Notes: a model not told the origin generated them from the sequence alone. Positions 9,031 to 19,893 are shown, counted from the stretch's first letter. The stretch is 64,000 nucleotides of DNA from Candidatus Hadarchaeota archaeon (GCA_964384105.1 CAYLJV010000001.1:1-64000); one strand, 5' to 3'. Numbers and translations are program-made.

Positions 9031-10026
9031 ATGTACGATTTTCAGCCTCTAAAAGTAAAAAAATTCCTCGAGGATCATGAGGTAGAGCGAGCATGCATTC
9101 AGCTACCTTCAGGTCTCAGGCCTTATATAGGTGAGATAAGGAAATTCTTCGATGAAACAGAAGCGAGTCCATTATTTTTGTCGGACAGTTGTTTTGGTTC
9201 GTGTTTTTTGCCTGATATAGAGGCTAAGAGTATAGGTTGTGATGCGCTGATTCATTATGGTCATTCAGATATGAGTATTTCAACTTCTTTACCTACTCTC
9301 TATGTAGAAGTCCGTGCAGAAGTTGACTCTTTGGAACCTCTTGAGGATATAGTTTCCAGATTGGAGGGTTCAAACTGGGGTTTGACTTCAACGGTTCAGT
9401 ATGCGGAGTATTTGCCCGAAATAAGGATTTTCTTGAAGGAGCGGGGAATTGAATCTTTGATCGGGGAACCTGGGCCACGCTCTAAATATCCTGGTCAGAT
9501 TTTAGGTTGTGATTGGGGTTCCGCGAAGTCCTTGGAGGATAAAGTCGATGGATTTATCTATTTCGGGGACGGCGATTTCCATCCTAAGGGTATAGCTCTG
9601 TTCACTGGAAAACCGGTGGTTTCCGTGAGGCTTGAATCGGGAGATTTTGAGATACTGGATTTTGATATCAATCGCTTTATGAAAAAGAGATACGCGATGA
9701 TAGAGAAGGCCAAGTCCGCGAAGAGTTTTGGCATACTGGTTAGTTCTATGCGGGGCCAAATGCGTCTGAATCTGGCTCGAAGTATAGAAGATAAATTGAT
9801 TAGAAATGGGTACGAAGCATTCACACTCGTTATGAGAGAAATAACTCCGATTAAACTTCAGGATTATAGATTAGAGGCTTATATTAACACTGCTTGTCCC
9901 AGGATACCTATAGAGGATTCTGAGTCCTACGATAGGCCAATTCTTACTCCTTTCGAAGCGAAGATAGTTTTGAACGAGGCAACTTGGGGTTCTTATAAAC
10001 TTGATAAGTTCGGTTTGGGGGACTGA
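9031..10026 (+). CDS. dph2: Diphthamide biosynthesis enzyme Dph2
   Basis: IQLPSGL, CFGSC, IHYGHS, GQILGCD, NTACPRI. Confidence 0.93.
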   Translation: MYDFQPLKVKKFLEDHEVERACIQLPSGLRPYIGEIRKFFDETEASPLFLSDSCFGSCFLPDIEAKSIGCDALIHYGHSDMSISTSLPTLYVEVRAEVDSLEPLEDIVSRLEGSNWGLTSTVQYAEYLPEIRIFLKERGIESLIGEPGPRSKYPGQILGCDWGSAKSLEDKVDGFIYFGDGDFHPKGIALFTGKPVVSVRLESGDFEILDFDINRFMKKRYAMIEKAKSAKSFGILVSSMRGQMRLNLARSIEDKLIRNGYEAFTLVMREITPIKLQDYRLEAYINTACPRIPIEDSESYDRPILTPFEAKIVLNEATWGSYKLDKFGLGD

Positions 10027-10187
10027 TTGGTCAAATAGTAAAGAAACTTAAAATAATAGAGATTAATAATATAAACGGATATACAAATAGAAATTGAAAT
10101 TCAAGAAAATACATATTTCTCTTGTATAGGAAGAATACGTGTATGAGTAATTTATTGAAAATTTACAAAATGTAGGAGGTAGAGAAA

Positions 10188-10769
10188 ATGAAAGAACAGG
10201 TTAAAACTGGAGACTTTGTTGTACCTGGAGATTTTTTGGCTACAGCAGAAGAATTTGTTCCAGATGAAGGAGTTTATGAGGAAAACGATGAAATATATTC
10301 AGCTGTTACGGGAGTAACATTGATGGATATTGACTCCAAGAAGATTTCCGTTCATCCGAAGACAGGCACACCCCCGGTTTTCAAGGAGGGGGATATAGTG
10401 ATAGGCCGCGTTAGTCGGATAAGAGGACAAATTGCGAACGTTGAAGTTGGAGCAATCAGAGGCAAAGACGATAGAGAACTGCCCTTTTCCGAGGATGCAA
10501 TTGTCCACATATCTGAAATTTCGGATGATTATGTTGATGAAATTGGAGATGAACTAAGACCTTTGGATATTATCCGAGCAAAAGTCATAAGTGCTCAGAA
10601 AGGTTCGGTTAAGCTCTCGACAAAAGGAGAAAGTCTGGGAGTCTTAGTTTCGTTTTGTTCCAAATGTAGAAATTTGCTGGAGAAGAAAAATTCAGATCTT
10701 AAGTGTCCAAACTGCGGAAACGTAACTAGCAGAAAGATTACTAATGACTATAGACAGGGTATTTTGTAA
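10188..10769 (+). CDS. csl4: Exosome complex RNA-binding protein Csl4
   Basis: VVPGDFL N-terminus, S1 domain, C-terminal CxxC...CxxC Zn ribbon. Confidence 0.93.
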   Translation: MKEQVKTGDFVVPGDFLATAEEFVPDEGVYEENDEIYSAVTGVTLMDIDSKKISVHPKTGTPPVFKEGDIVIGRVSRIRGQIANVEVGAIRGKDDRELPFSEDAIVHISEISDDYVDEIGDELRPLDIIRAKVISAQKGSVKLSTKGESLGVLVSFCSKCRNLLEKKNSDLKCPNCGNVTSRKITNDYRQGIL

Positions 10770-10771
10770 GA

Positions 10772-10981
10772 ATGCCAGAGAATAAAAGAGTCCTGCACTT
10801 TTCGATTGATAGCAGTAAGCATTTGATTAAGGTAGTTGAAGGTCTGACCGAAATAAAAGCAGATTTGGATGCTGATTCAACACCTTCTTCTTTAAAAATT
10901 TCTGTATACGGTTCAAAAGGAAAAGTGAGAGAAGTTTCAAAGAAGATCCAACAGTTAGTTGAGGAAACTCGTCCCGAATAG
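10772..10981 (+). CDS. Small hypothetical protein (possibly a DUF2067 N-terminal-like fragment)
   Basis: Directly follows csl4; LKISVYGSK motif. Confidence 0.5.
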   Translation: MPENKRVLHFSIDSSKHLIKVVEGLTEIKADLDADSTPSSLKISVYGSKGKVREVSKKIQQLVEETRPE

Positions 10982-10982
10982 C

Positions 10983-11561
10983 TTAACTAGAATCGAAGAG
11001 TTCGCTATACTCTATTCGTTTTGCTAGATTTTGTTTTACTAGTAGTTCTGCTGTTTTTTTAGGTAAGTTTGCTATTTCTCCTTTCTTGAAGGGTCCGTAG
11101 TTTCTTATGTCTGAACCGGTGATAGCAGTGGGAATTTCTGCTTTTATCATGACAAGAACGTGGGATGCTTTCTTTGGAGGTTTTATTTTTGGTTCTCGGT
11201 TTAAAACGGGAGATACTAGTTCTTCCTTGAGATTTCTGAGAGATCCTCGAATATTTTCGAAGGCTTGGTTTTCTTGATTTAAGAGATTCTTTTCTTTTTC
11301 TCTAAATAGGCTATCGGTGATTTTCAAAATTCTGAAAAAGTATATTTCTTGAACAAAATTTACCACATGTTTAAGCTCTTCTTGGAGAAGTTCTTTTCTC
11401 AGATCCTCACTTTGCTTTATTTCTCTCGATATCTCGGTTGCGTAAGCTCCAGCCCTTTCATAGAATTCTTCGTCTAATTCCGTGATTTCAGGACTCTTTG
11501 CTTCCTTTATCCATCTTTCCTCTATATTTGATATAGTGAAGTTTTTCATTGGTCTTATCAC
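10983..11561 (-). CDS. GINS complex subunit (Gins51/15 type)
   Basis: LDEEFYE..., R..KI, C-terminal B domain YGPFKKGEIANLP; follows priS. Confidence 0.85.
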   Translation of the reverse strand: MIRPMKNFTISNIEERWIKEAKSPEITELDEEFYERAGAYATEISREIKQSEDLRKELLQEELKHVVNFVQEIYFFRILKITDSLFREKEKNLLNQENQAFENIRGSLRNLKEELVSPVLNREPKIKPPKKASHVLVMIKAEIPTAITGSDIRNYGPFKKGEIANLPKKTAELLVKQNLAKRIEYSELFDSS

Positions 11562-12514
11562 TCTTCCAAAAATTGTGGTACTGTTTCTTCGAGAGAGAAA
11601 TTATCTATGTTGTTTATTTGAATACACTTTCTGCTTACGGTAGAGTGCAGTGAAGATGGTACTCTCAAAATTCGTTTTTTATCAACTGTGACTTTCCCGT
11701 CGGTATGTTCCCGGTTCAGTTGCGATAAAAGTTTCAAAAGCCTGTTGAAGGATTTTTTTCCTATTCCATCTATCTCTTTGATACTTTCTAAATTCCCTTT
11801 TTTCATTGAATTCATTACTTTCTTTTTTTCTTCCATAATTCTTTTTGCAGATTTTTTTGGTATCTTCCCGTTTAATAGGTGTTTTCGATCGATGTTTTTG
11901 AGGGTCCTCAAGGCCCTTTTCCTAAAAACTCGAGAGTAACCTAAAGAGAGGGTAGAGTCAGTTGGGATAACACCGCCTGTTATATACTCTACTATCTGTG
12001 AACGGCCATTCTGATCTAGTCCCATTATGGAATCGTCGAAGACTCTTATGTGAAATCCTCTCCCTGAGTATATGAAGTGGATATTTTCTAGCCCTAGATC
12101 TGAACTCAACGTTTCTCCAAAGGAAGCTGCAACACTTCTGGCTTCTTCTAGACAAATTTCGCATACGTTTCCCCCCGTACAATCACAGCTTTTGAAGGGT
12201 AGGTCCTTTGCATCTATATCGAATGCGAGTTCCGATTTTAGCCATTTTTTTCTTTCCGAAGGCCTCTCGTACAGGGCGACACTACTATAGACAGCGTAGG
12301 GGTGTTCTTTTTTCAGATAATCTGATAGCTCAGTAATTGTCATGAACTGATTGTATCTGTCGTTTGGCCCTTCTCCTTCATGATCGAAACCAAATTCTCT
12401 GAGCGAGAGCGTGTGAAGAAGATAATCTGGAAGATCCTTTTGGGACCATTCGTTACTATAGTAGGCCTTTCTCTCTTCTGCTTTTGCTTCTCTCATCTCC
12501 AGCATTTTAGTCAT
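11558..12514 (-). CDS. priS: DNA primase small (catalytic) subunit
   Basis: REFGFD, ELAFDIDAKD, YSGRGFHI, DGKVTVDKKRILRVPSSLH. Confidence 0.95.
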   Translation of the reverse strand: MTKMLEMREAKAEERKAYYSNEWSQKDLPDYLLHTLSLREFGFDHEGEGPNDRYNQFMTITELSDYLKKEHPYAVYSSVALYERPSERKKWLKSELAFDIDAKDLPFKSCDCTGGNVCEICLEEARSVAASFGETLSSDLGLENIHFIYSGRGFHIRVFDDSIMGLDQNGRSQIVEYITGGVIPTDSTLSLGYSRVFRKRALRTLKNIDRKHLLNGKIPKKSAKRIMEEKKKVMNSMKKGNLESIKEIDGIGKKSFNRLLKLLSQLNREHTDGKVTVDKKRILRVPSSLHSTVSRKCIQINNIDNFSLEETVPQFLEE

Positions 12515-13781
12515 CCTCGCCTCCCGTTCCTTGTGATCTTTTTTTGTAATAGTAAGTTAGTGGATTCTTTACGTCAGAACATAGATCATCTGGATTGCAA
12601 AGTGCGGGTGCCTCGGTCTTTATTTTTCGGCAGTTAGGTGGTCGATACCACTTGGATTTTCCACTGTCTTTTAGCCTTGGCTTAGTCGTCATGCCAAACC
12701 CCATATGGTAGTAGATATTTGCTTTATCCTGTGGTTGGTCTTTGAACAGAGGTGGATTACATTTTTCAGCGGCTTCGAAAATCAGAGGGATTACTTCATC
12801 CTCTATTATGGATATATTGTCTATAAAATCTGATATTCGGTTTACTGCTTTTCCGGAAGGCGAGATTCTGGCATAAGACAGGAAAGGTGTTAGAAGCATA
12901 ACTATCCCGTAATTCCTGTTGCCTGAGTGTACTCCTCCCAGAACTTCTTTTATACAGGGTGGGAACGCTTCCGAGCGGAGTTTACTACTTTTGAAACTTC
13001 TGAACTTCTTGTATTTTTTCTCTTCCGGAATCTCTTTGGATATTCTCTCTCCCACCTCTTTTAGTATCTCAGCTGGCGGACCTCTTTCAGAGAACTTATC
13101 GTATAATCTCGATATGTATTCCTCCATCTCGCTACCGACATAGTTAGCGAAAAAGTTCCATAACTTCTTGGGAGTTAGTATTGCCCAGCCCTTCACGATA
13201 TACTGCTCTGTTAGGTCCAACTGTCTGTGATCTATCAAAGGGGATAGGTCCATCCATCTGATCGCATATTTTGGTATGTATTGTGGGATTATTTCGTCGT
13301 CCACTGTCTCTATCCCGTTCTTTGCGAGTTCTAAATCTCGAATCTTGTAAATATCCTGTTGTGGAATCTTGATATCTCCCAGCCTTTTTTCGTTTTCTCC
13401 TTCGAGCTCTCTTAGTCTAAAATAACGTCCTATCAGGTCCAGGCAAAGTTCTTCGTGCCCCCTCCTGAAAAGATCGTACATTCGATAATTAATCGTGTCT
13501 CTGGTCGCTTCTATTACGGTCCGAGTCTCATTGGAGTATGGATATGAGACTGTTGCTACTGCTTGTGCCATTAGGTAGAACGAGATTACTTCATCCTTGA
13601 TCTCTTTTTTATTGAAACCGACTTTGACTTCTGGCCCGTATCTGTAGTTTACTCGCTTAACCGCCAAATCTATAATTCTTTCAGACAGGGAGTCAAAAGG
13701 AGGTGATTCTTGAACAAGCTCCTTTCCTTCCTTGGAGAACGGGTTTAGAACGGCAGCGTAATATTCTTCCGACATCCCCAC
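12507..13781 (-). CDS. priL: DNA primase large subunit
   Basis: FPPCIKEVL...GNRN, WYRPPNC...C...KNPLTYY Fe-S domain. Confidence 0.92.
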   Translation of the reverse strand: MGMSEEYYAAVLNPFSKEGKELVQESPPFDSLSERIIDLAVKRVNYRYGPEVKVGFNKKEIKDEVISFYLMAQAVATVSYPYSNETRTVIEATRDTINYRMYDLFRRGHEELCLDLIGRYFRLRELEGENEKRLGDIKIPQQDIYKIRDLELAKNGIETVDDEIIPQYIPKYAIRWMDLSPLIDHRQLDLTEQYIVKGWAILTPKKLWNFFANYVGSEMEEYISRLYDKFSERGPPAEILKEVGERISKEIPEEKKYKKFRSFKSSKLRSEAFPPCIKEVLGGVHSGNRNYGIVMLLTPFLSYARISPSGKAVNRISDFIDNISIIEDEVIPLIFEAAEKCNPPLFKDQPQDKANIYYHMGFGMTTKPRLKDSGKSKWYRPPNCRKIKTEAPALCNPDDLCSDVKNPLTYYYKKRSQGTGGEDD

Positions 13782-13785
13782 CCGC

Positions 13786-14556
13786 CTACTCGGTTTCTAT
13801 TCTTGGAGCTAACAAGAATTTCAGGCGGCCTTTTCCCTCGGCTATCGGGAAAGTCATTTCTATGGGTAGGTCTGTTCCGTGATTTATCTCGACTATATCG
13901 TTTGAGCTTGCAGCTTTCGTCATATCGTCTAAATACTCGATGTTGTACATGGCCTCGGATGGTTCTTTCACTTCTAACTCATGTAGAGTTTCGTTTCCTT
14001 CGGAGAGTTCCATCTCTGCGCTACCTGTATCGCTTTCAATTTCCATTATGAACCTATCTTCTAGAATTCTGAATCTTACGTTATCGCTAACCAGTGCTGC
14101 ATCTTTTAGTCCTTCGCTTATTGCTCCAGCACTGACCTTTGCGGAAGCTGTAAAGTTAAGTTCGGGTTCGGGCAAGTCCTCCCCCTCTAGTTCCAGTAAG
14201 GGAAGACTGAACCTTCTTACAGAGTCTCCTTTGAAAGTCAGCCTCATTCGGCCATCGCTTTCTTTGTATTCGAGAGTAAATTCGTTATCTTTTTTTGCTC
14301 GTGACATTATTTTATCGATTTCTTTTAAATCGACCCCGAGTTTTTCGGGTTTATCAACGTCATACACTTCAAAAACTTCTGCTGGAAGTCTGAAATCAGC
14401 GAGAGCTACATGTGAAGGGTCCATAGCTCGCATTTCCACGCCGTCCTTTCCGAATTCGAAATCTACTTCGTCTATGAGATTTGATATTGCACTAATACAA
14501 TTCTTCCAGACTTCAGCGGTTTTCATTTTTATCTTCAATTTATACCCTCCTATCAA
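13786..14556 (-). CDS. pcn: PCNA sliding clamp
   Basis: MRAMDPSHVAL...YNIEYL...KFLLAPRIE. Confidence 0.97.
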   Translation of the reverse strand: MIGGYKLKIKMKTAEVWKNCISAISNLIDEVDFEFGKDGVEMRAMDPSHVALADFRLPAEVFEVYDVDKPEKLGVDLKEIDKIMSRAKKDNEFTLEYKESDGRMRLTFKGDSVRRFSLPLLELEGEDLPEPELNFTASAKVSAGAISEGLKDAALVSDNVRFRILEDRFIMEIESDTGSAEMELSEGNETLHELEVKEPSEAMYNIEYLDDMTKAASSNDIVEINHGTDLPIEMTFPIAEGKGRLKFLLAPRIETE

Positions 14557-14906
14557 TATTGCTCCAGTTCCTTTTCAAATTTTCTTACTTCTTCCATTAC
14601 TTCCTTGTAGAGGTCTAAGTCTAATTCGTCCAGTTTTTGTATTATGTCCGCATGTACTTCGTGAGTATCTTCTATATTCAAAGGTGTTCCAAAGACTCTG
14701 ATTTTTGATCCCACATCTATTCCCTCAATTAGGGAGGAATCTTCGAAGAATATATTTATCTCACCAGTCCCATCATCTAAAACTAAAAAAGATTCTTTTT
14801 TGTCCACTACTAGGCCGACTATTTGAACTTGGTCGTCTTCATTTTTTATCTCCGATATCCTCCGCGGTTTAGCGCTTTGTTTGAAAGTTGGGTTAAAACT
14901 GCTCAT
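14553..14906 (-). CDS. OB-fold protein, RPA small-subunit-like
   Basis: VQIVGLVV...LDDGTGEI...IRVFG; lies between tfs and pcna. Confidence 0.75.
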   Translation of the reverse strand: MSSFNPTFKQSAKPRRISEIKNEDDQVQIVGLVVDKKESFLVLDDGTGEINIFFEDSSLIEGIDVGSKIRVFGTPLNIEDTHEVHADIIQKLDELDLDLYKEVMEEVRKFEKELEQY

Positions 14907-14920
14907 TCAACATCCTCTTG

Positions 14921-15247
14921 TTAATATTCCCGCCATGTCTTTTTGCACTTTACACAGCGATAGAATCGAGTTGAGGGCTCATCGGCGCTTCTTGTTTGTT
15001 GCATCCACCAGTATGCCTTATCATGACCACACTTTGGACATTTTTTAGAAGTTTTGGGCAGGCTTTCCGTGTCTTTTTCTATAACGGCAGTTTCTTTCTT
15101 TTTCTTTCCTTCCTTTGAAAGCTTATAAGATTCCGACTCGTTTCCTTTTCCTTCCCTCTCGTATTTACATTCTCTACAGACTAAGACGACTTTCTCTTCA
15201 TCTTTTTTTGGGTACATCATGTTTCCACATTCAGGACAGAATTCCAT
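14921..15247 (-). CDS. tfs: Transcription factor S
   Basis: MEFCPECG...CPKCGH...QTRSADEPSTRFYRCVKC. Confidence 0.96.
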   Translation of the reverse strand: MEFCPECGNMMYPKKDEEKVVLVCRECKYEREGKGNESESYKLSKEGKKKKETAVIEKDTESLPKTSKKCPKCGHDKAYWWMQQTRSADEPSTRFYRCVKCKKTWREY

Positions 15248-15253
15248 TTTTTA

Positions 15254-15652
15254 TCACCTTTTTTCAAAATCTCTTAGTATCTTTCTGTGGTCAAATGCAA
15301 GATTATTCCAGGGTATCTCCTTGAAAACTTTTACGTCTGCCGCGTCCGTTGAAGCTTTTAGGGTACCCCCCTTTTTATTTGCAAAATAGCAGACTGAAAC
15401 TACGTGTCCACGAGGGTCTCTTTCGGGATCTGAGTATACTCCGACTATTCTTTCTAGTGAGACATCAAGACCTGTTTCTTCCTTGGCTTCTCTTACTGCA
15501 GCTTTTTCTACTGTTTCGCCGTATTCTACAAACCCTCCTGGTATAGCCCATTTTCCTTTAAATGGATCGTTTTTCCTTTTGATTAGAACTATCCCGTCGT
15601 TTGTCTTGATTAATATATCAACCGTTAAAGAAGGTTTTTCATATTTGCTCAT
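15254..15652 (-). CDS. NUDIX hydrolase (ADP-ribose pyrophosphatase-like)
   Basis: Nudix box [24 protein letters not shown]; RDPRGH; LAFDH. Confidence 0.93.
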   Translation of the reverse strand: MSKYEKPSLTVDILIKTNDGIVLIKRKNDPFKGKWAIPGGFVEYGETVEKAAVREAKEETGLDVSLERIVGVYSDPERDPRGHVVSVCYFANKKGGTLKASTDAADVKVFKEIPWNNLAFDHRKILRDFEKR

Positions 15653-15656
15653 ATTA

Positions 15657-16160
15657 TCAGAACCAAGTTGCAGGATAGCCTAGATAAGGAATTGAAAATA
15701 TGGCTTCTCCTACTATATCGTTCAACCTGATTTTCTTTTGATCCTGCACTTGATATTTATCGCTCCTTGTTTTTAAATAGGGTCCTTCCGAGTCGTTTCT
15801 TATTTCGGCGACTCTATGGATTATTCTTCTTTCTTCATATCGCCATATTATTACATCCCCTATTTGGGTGTCTTCCAATGAATTGACCCCTTTTACAACC
15901 ACTAAATCTCCCTGTTCAAGTCCATCGTTTAATGGGAAGTCAGAGACATCGTATCCTCGTTCTAGGTAGTAGTCTTTCCAAGAATCGTCTGGATGGGTCA
16001 TACTGTCTCCGGTCACTCCGGTCATAGGAGATGTTGTTCCCATTGCTAGGATCATAGATCCTCTGAATCCGAAGTATATTAGTCCGACTAGAACCAGCAC
16101 AGATATTATCTCTTTGGTCTCTTTTTTCCTCAAGATTGATTCGGATTTTCTAAGTGCCAT
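15657..16160 (-). CDS. Signal peptidase I (S26B/Sec11-like)
   Basis: TM, then GDSM, GDLVVV, GDVII, IIHRV, IPYLG. Confidence 0.85.
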   Translation of the reverse strand: MALRKSESILRKKETKEIISVLVLVGLIYFGFRGSMILAMGTTSPMTGVTGDSMTHPDDSWKDYYLERGYDVSDFPLNDGLEQGDLVVVKGVNSLEDTQIGDVIIWRYEERRIIHRVAEIRNDSEGPYLKTRSDKYQVQDQKKIRLNDIVGEAIFSIPYLGYPATWF

Positions 16161-16163
16161 CTT

Positions 16164-16778
16164 TTATCTTCTCCCGATGCTTTCCCCTCTGGCTATACCA
16201 GTTGCTATTAGATGAGCTAGTCTTATTGGTTCCGGGATCGAACTACGAGTAGAAGTCATTTTTATCACTTCTATAGCGTCTTCTTTTTTGATTCCTTTTA
16301 TTTGAATATAGATTGTACTTTTTCGTTTCTCAGAGCTTTTTGTTTCAACCGGTATAATATCTCCAGCAGATTTTAGAGTGTTCCATCTTTCCTTCCAATC
16401 CGATAAGTTTTTAATCGCTTTCTTTATGGATTCCATGTTAGGTTGATCCCTAGAGACGACAATTAATGGGAGTCCCGTTTTTTCGAATACCTCGTTAACG
16501 TCTAGAACGTTAAAACCGCCAAATGTGATGCCAGATGTCATGACTATCCGGAGCTGGTCTTTGTGTCTGCTTTTGTTTATCATATCTATTATTGTGGAAG
16601 AGGAATTCATTCCATCTATCTTTATTTTGTCGACAAGAACGCCGTCTATGTACTTTCCACCTCTGGATATCACTCCTGCTAAGCATGTTTCTTCCTGATT
16701 TTTAGGCTCGAAAGAACCATCATCGATCCCGATTATTCTTATTTCCGGCTTTATTGTTCTAAATCTGACTTTTTTCAA
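16164..16778 (-). CDS. DUF99 family protein (endonuclease V-like / endonuclease dU)
   Basis: IIGIDDG, GITFGGFNV, IPEPIRLAHLIA. Confidence 0.88.
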   Translation of the reverse strand: MKKVRFRTIKPEIRIIGIDDGSFEPKNQEETCLAGVISRGGKYIDGVLVDKIKIDGMNSSSTIIDMINKSRHKDQLRIVMTSGITFGGFNVLDVNEVFEKTGLPLIVVSRDQPNMESIKKAIKNLSDWKERWNTLKSAGDIIPVETKSSEKRKSTIYIQIKGIKKEDAIEVIKMTSTRSSIPEPIRLAHLIATGIARGESIGRR

Positions 16779-17187
16779 TAGGAATCCTCTTAGATATAGT
16801 TAATAGCAAGTTTTTGAAACCTTTTTCTGACATCTTGAATATCTCTTTCCTGCTTCGAAAATCTGTCTTTTTTAGAGATTTGGATAAAATTTCGGCAGCT
16901 TCTTCTATTTCTATGAGGTCGTTTATCCAGGCGTAAGCTATTATTGACTCCGCTATATCACCGAGGTCATGTCTATCGCATCGAGAAGGGGCTATTTCTC
17001 TCAAGCCTGCGTCCGAGAGAGATTCGGATAGAACCTTGTTTGATACCTTAGCGCCATCTGGTCTCTCTCTTGCTATAGACCTTGCTAGAGAATAAATTAG
17101 ATTAACTAAAGCGTCACCAAATTTGGCCAAGTTTTCGTCTAAAAATGCTTCTTGAGGGTCTGAGTGTTCTAAAAAAGAATTACTCAC
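16759..17187 (-). CDS. Archaeal ribonuclease III-family protein
   Basis: LAKFGDALVNLIYSLA...KVSNKVL...GDIAES. Confidence 0.82.
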   Translation of the reverse strand: MSNSFLEHSDPQEAFLDENLAKFGDALVNLIYSLARSIARERPDGAKVSNKVLSESLSDAGLREIAPSRCDRHDLGDIAESIIAYAWINDLIEIEEAAEILSKSLKKTDFRSRKEIFKMSEKGFKNLLLTISKRIPIEKSQI

Positions 17188-17465
17188 TTTTTCAGTACCT
17201 TTTCTAGGTTATCTAAGACTTCGTCATAGTCTTTTGAGAGGGCATCAACGGATTTTCTTAATACTTTCTCTGCCGACTCTCCGTTTTTTACTCTTATAGT
17301 GAGGACTGGATCGGAGAGTAAAGGATGATCTATTTGATAAGCTGCGGTTTCTATGGCTTCTTCTTCATGTAACTTTTTTCTGAGGGCATTGCAAAAGCTG
17401 TGGCCTTCCCCTATAATTTTAACTTTTAACTTGCTTTCTCCTTTTTCAACAATTTCTAGTTCCAT
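17184..17465 (-). CDS. rpoL: RNA polymerase subunit L (Rpo11)
   Basis: GEGHSFCNAL...AAYQIDHPL. Confidence 0.95.
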   Translation of the reverse strand: MELEIVEKGESKLKVKIIGEGHSFCNALRKKLHEEEAIETAAYQIDHPLLSDPVLTIRVKNGESAEKVLRKSVDALSKDYDEVLDNLEKVLKK

Positions 17466-17675
17466 TTTAAATCACACAGTGACAACGTCTAAGTTCTGAA
17501 CGTTTATAGAACTTTTGTTTAAGATATTTATTACTGTTTTTGAATCTTACTTTTCCATACATCTCAAGAGGATTGAATTATAAATAGTCGGTAAATAAAG
17601 ACCTTTAATAGGTGAAAAGACTAAAACTTTTGAACGAGCTTTTCACATCATAGGTAGAGTTAGGAGAGATAAAGA

Positions 17676-17954
17676 ATGAAATATCCAAAAGAAATGAAAA
17701 CATATTGCCCGACTTGTAATTCTCATACCAAGCATAAGGTCGGTAAAGAGAGCAAGCGTCAACCAAGCTCTAACAGTTGGGGACAGCGACAGTTTAAGAG
17801 GGTAAAAGCTGGATATGGCGGTCAACCTAGGCCCCGACAGAAGGGTGGTCCGAAGGTGTCCAAAAAAGTAGTCCTGATCTTAGAATGCAAAGAATGCGGG
17901 AAAAAGCAAGTTAGAAATGGACCCCGAACCAAAAAAATGATTATAGGTGACTAA
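17676..17954 (+). CDS. rpl44e: 50S ribosomal protein L44e
   Basis: KTYCPTCNSHT...GYGGQPRP...LECKECGK. Confidence 0.96.
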   Translation: MKYPKEMKTYCPTCNSHTKHKVGKESKRQPSSNSWGQRQFKRVKAGYGGQPRPRQKGGPKVSKKVVLILECKECGKKQVRNGPRTKKMIIGD

Positions 17955-17956
17955 AA

Positions 17957-18142
17957 GTGGCTAAATCAGAATCTGAGTCCCCATGTTTTTTGAGAGTTCA
18001 GTGCACAGACTGTGAGAATAAGCAAGTGCTTTTCAGCCATGCTAGTTCTGAAGTTAGCTGTGAGGTATGTGGAACGACCCTTGCGGTTCCTAAAGGCGGA
18101 AAGGCCGAAATTAATGCTAATGTTCTTGAAATAGTGGGGTGA
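17957..18142 (+). CDS. rps27e: 30S ribosomal protein S27e
   Basis: FLRVQCTDCENKQVLF...CEVCG...PKGGKA. Confidence 0.95.
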   Translation: MAKSESESPCFLRVQCTDCENKQVLFSHASSEVSCEVCGTTLAVPKGGKAEINANVLEIVG

Positions 18143-18948
18143 TGTCGTTGGTTCGCAAAGAGAGAGACTGGCCAGAAAAAGACGAATTGGTAATGTGTAC
18201 TGTAAAGAATGTCTTTGATCAAGGAGCTTACCTTGCTTTAGATGAGTATGATGACAAGGAGGGGATGGTCCATATTTCCGAAATAGCTTCGGGGTGGGTC
18301 AAAAACATCAGAAGGCATGTCAAGGAAGGCCAGAAAGCTGTTTGTAGAGTTCTTAATGTGGATAAAGATAAGAAACACATCGATTTGTCTATTCGAAGAG
18401 TTAAAGATAGTCAGAGAAGCTGGAAGTCCGAACAGTGGAAAAGAGAAAGGAAATCCGAGAACCTGCTAGATCAAGCAGCTAAGAGAATTGGAGAGGATCT
18501 TGACACCGCTTACGAAAAGGTCGGTTTTCCTTTGCATGAGAAATATGAGGATATTTACACGGCTTTTGAAGAGGTGGCTATTAAAGGTCGTGAGGTATTG
18601 GAGGAAGACCTTGATGTTGACGAGGAATGGGTCGATGTGTTGATGGAGCTCATAGAGAAGAGCGTCGAGCCTCCAGCTGTCGAAGTTAAAGGTTTTGTGG
18701 ATTTAAAGACTCACAGCCCTAATGGTGTTGAAGTAATAAGTTCTGCCCTTAAAGAGGGCCGAGATTCGGTATCAGAATCAGAAGTTAGTGTCGATGTCAA
18801 ATACGTGGGTTCTCCCACCTATTCGTTTAGAGTTAGAGCCCCCGACTATAAGACTGCCGAAAAAAGGCTAAGATCGGCAGCAGAAAAATCGATATCATTG
18901 ATTGAGAAAGACGGCGGAACGGGTAAATTTTACACTGAGAAGGAATGA
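18139..18948 (+). CDS. eif2a: Translation initiation factor aIF-2 alpha
   Basis: S1 domain LDEY...[27 protein letters not shown]. Confidence 0.96.
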   Translation: MMSLVRKERDWPEKDELVMCTVKNVFDQGAYLALDEYDDKEGMVHISEIASGWVKNIRRHVKEGQKAVCRVLNVDKDKKHIDLSIRRVKDSQRSWKSEQWKRERKSENLLDQAAKRIGEDLDTAYEKVGFPLHEKYEDIYTAFEEVAIKGREVLEEDLDVDEEWVDVLMELIEKSVEPPAVEVKGFVDLKTHSPNGVEVISSALKEGRDSVSESEVSVDVKYVGSPTYSFRVRAPDYKTAEKRLRSAAEKSISLIEKDGGTGKFYTEKE

Positions 18949-19130
18949 ATAAGTTGAGAATGAAGAAATGTAAGAAGTGTGGTGTTTACACGCTAAAAGA
19001 GGAATGTCCTGAATGTGGACAAAAAACTGTATCTCCACATCCTCCTAAGTTTTCCCCCGAAGATCCGTATGGCAAATATCGCCGAAGACTCAAAAAGGAG
19101 AATATGGATCTAGGTGAAAATAATGAGTGA
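18945..19130 (+). CDS. nop10: H/ACA RNP protein Nop10
   Basis: [17 protein letters not shown]...[16 protein letters not shown]. Confidence 0.95.
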   Translation: MNKLRMKKCKKCGVYTLKEECPECGQKTVSPHPPKFSPEDPYGKYRRRLKKENMDLGENNE

Positions 19131-19884
19131 AACTAATTTTAAATTAAAAAAAGAAATCGAATTTAAAAACCCCGTACTTATCGAGGGTCTTCCTGGAATA
19201 GGTTACGTGGGAAAGCTCGCTGTAGATCATCTAATAGAAGAACTCGAAGCAGAGGAGTTTGCAGAAATTACTTCACCTTACTTTCCTCATCATGTCAAGA
19301 TCAGTTCTGATGGAGTAATGGAACAAGTAAAGATTAGTTTTTACTATGCGGAAGTAGATGATAGGGATTTGATTATCCTTGGAGGGGACGTCCAGGCTAC
19401 TTCTTCTAAAGGTCATTACGAGGTAACGAACAAACTTTTAGATGTTGTCGAGGATTTCGGCGTAAAACAGATTTTCACGTTGGCTGGTTATGCTACGGGT
19501 GAACACACTACGTCTAAACCGAAGGTCGTGGGCGCTTCAAATGATGAGGAGGTTTTAAAGGAGTTCCCCGAGAAGGGAATCGACATCGAAGAGGGTTCTG
19601 GGCCCATTATTGGGGTTTCAGGTCTTTTGCTCGGATTGGGCAAAAAAAGAGGGATACAGGGTTCCGCTCTTTTAGGGGAAACTCACGGTATGTTGGTAGA
19701 CCACAGATCTGCCCAGGCGGTCCTAGAGGCTTTAATGAACATCTTAAATTTCAAGGTCGATGTTACTAAACTCGAGGAGAGGGCTAAGAAGACCGAAAAA
19801 ATTCTAAGCCGTCTCAAAGAAGAACAAAAACTGAGAAAAGTCAGCGAGATGGATGAAGAAGAGGAACTCTCATACATAGGTTGA
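19114..19884 (+). CDS. Proteasome assembly chaperone PAC2 family protein (TIGR00162-like)
   Basis: [27 protein letters not shown]-terminal LSYIG (HbYX-like). Confidence 0.9.
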   Translation: MKIMSETNFKLKKEIEFKNPVLIEGLPGIGYVGKLAVDHLIEELEAEEFAEITSPYFPHHVKISSDGVMEQVKISFYYAEVDDRDLIILGGDVQATSSKGHYEVTNKLLDVVEDFGVKQIFTLAGYATGEHTTSKPKVVGASNDEEVLKEFPEKGIDIEEGSGPIIGVSGLLLGLGKKRGIQGSALLGETHGMLVDHRSAQAVLEALMNILNFKVDVTKLEERAKKTEKILSRLKEEQKLRKVSEMDEEEELSYIG

Positions 19885-19893
19885 GGTGCTTTC

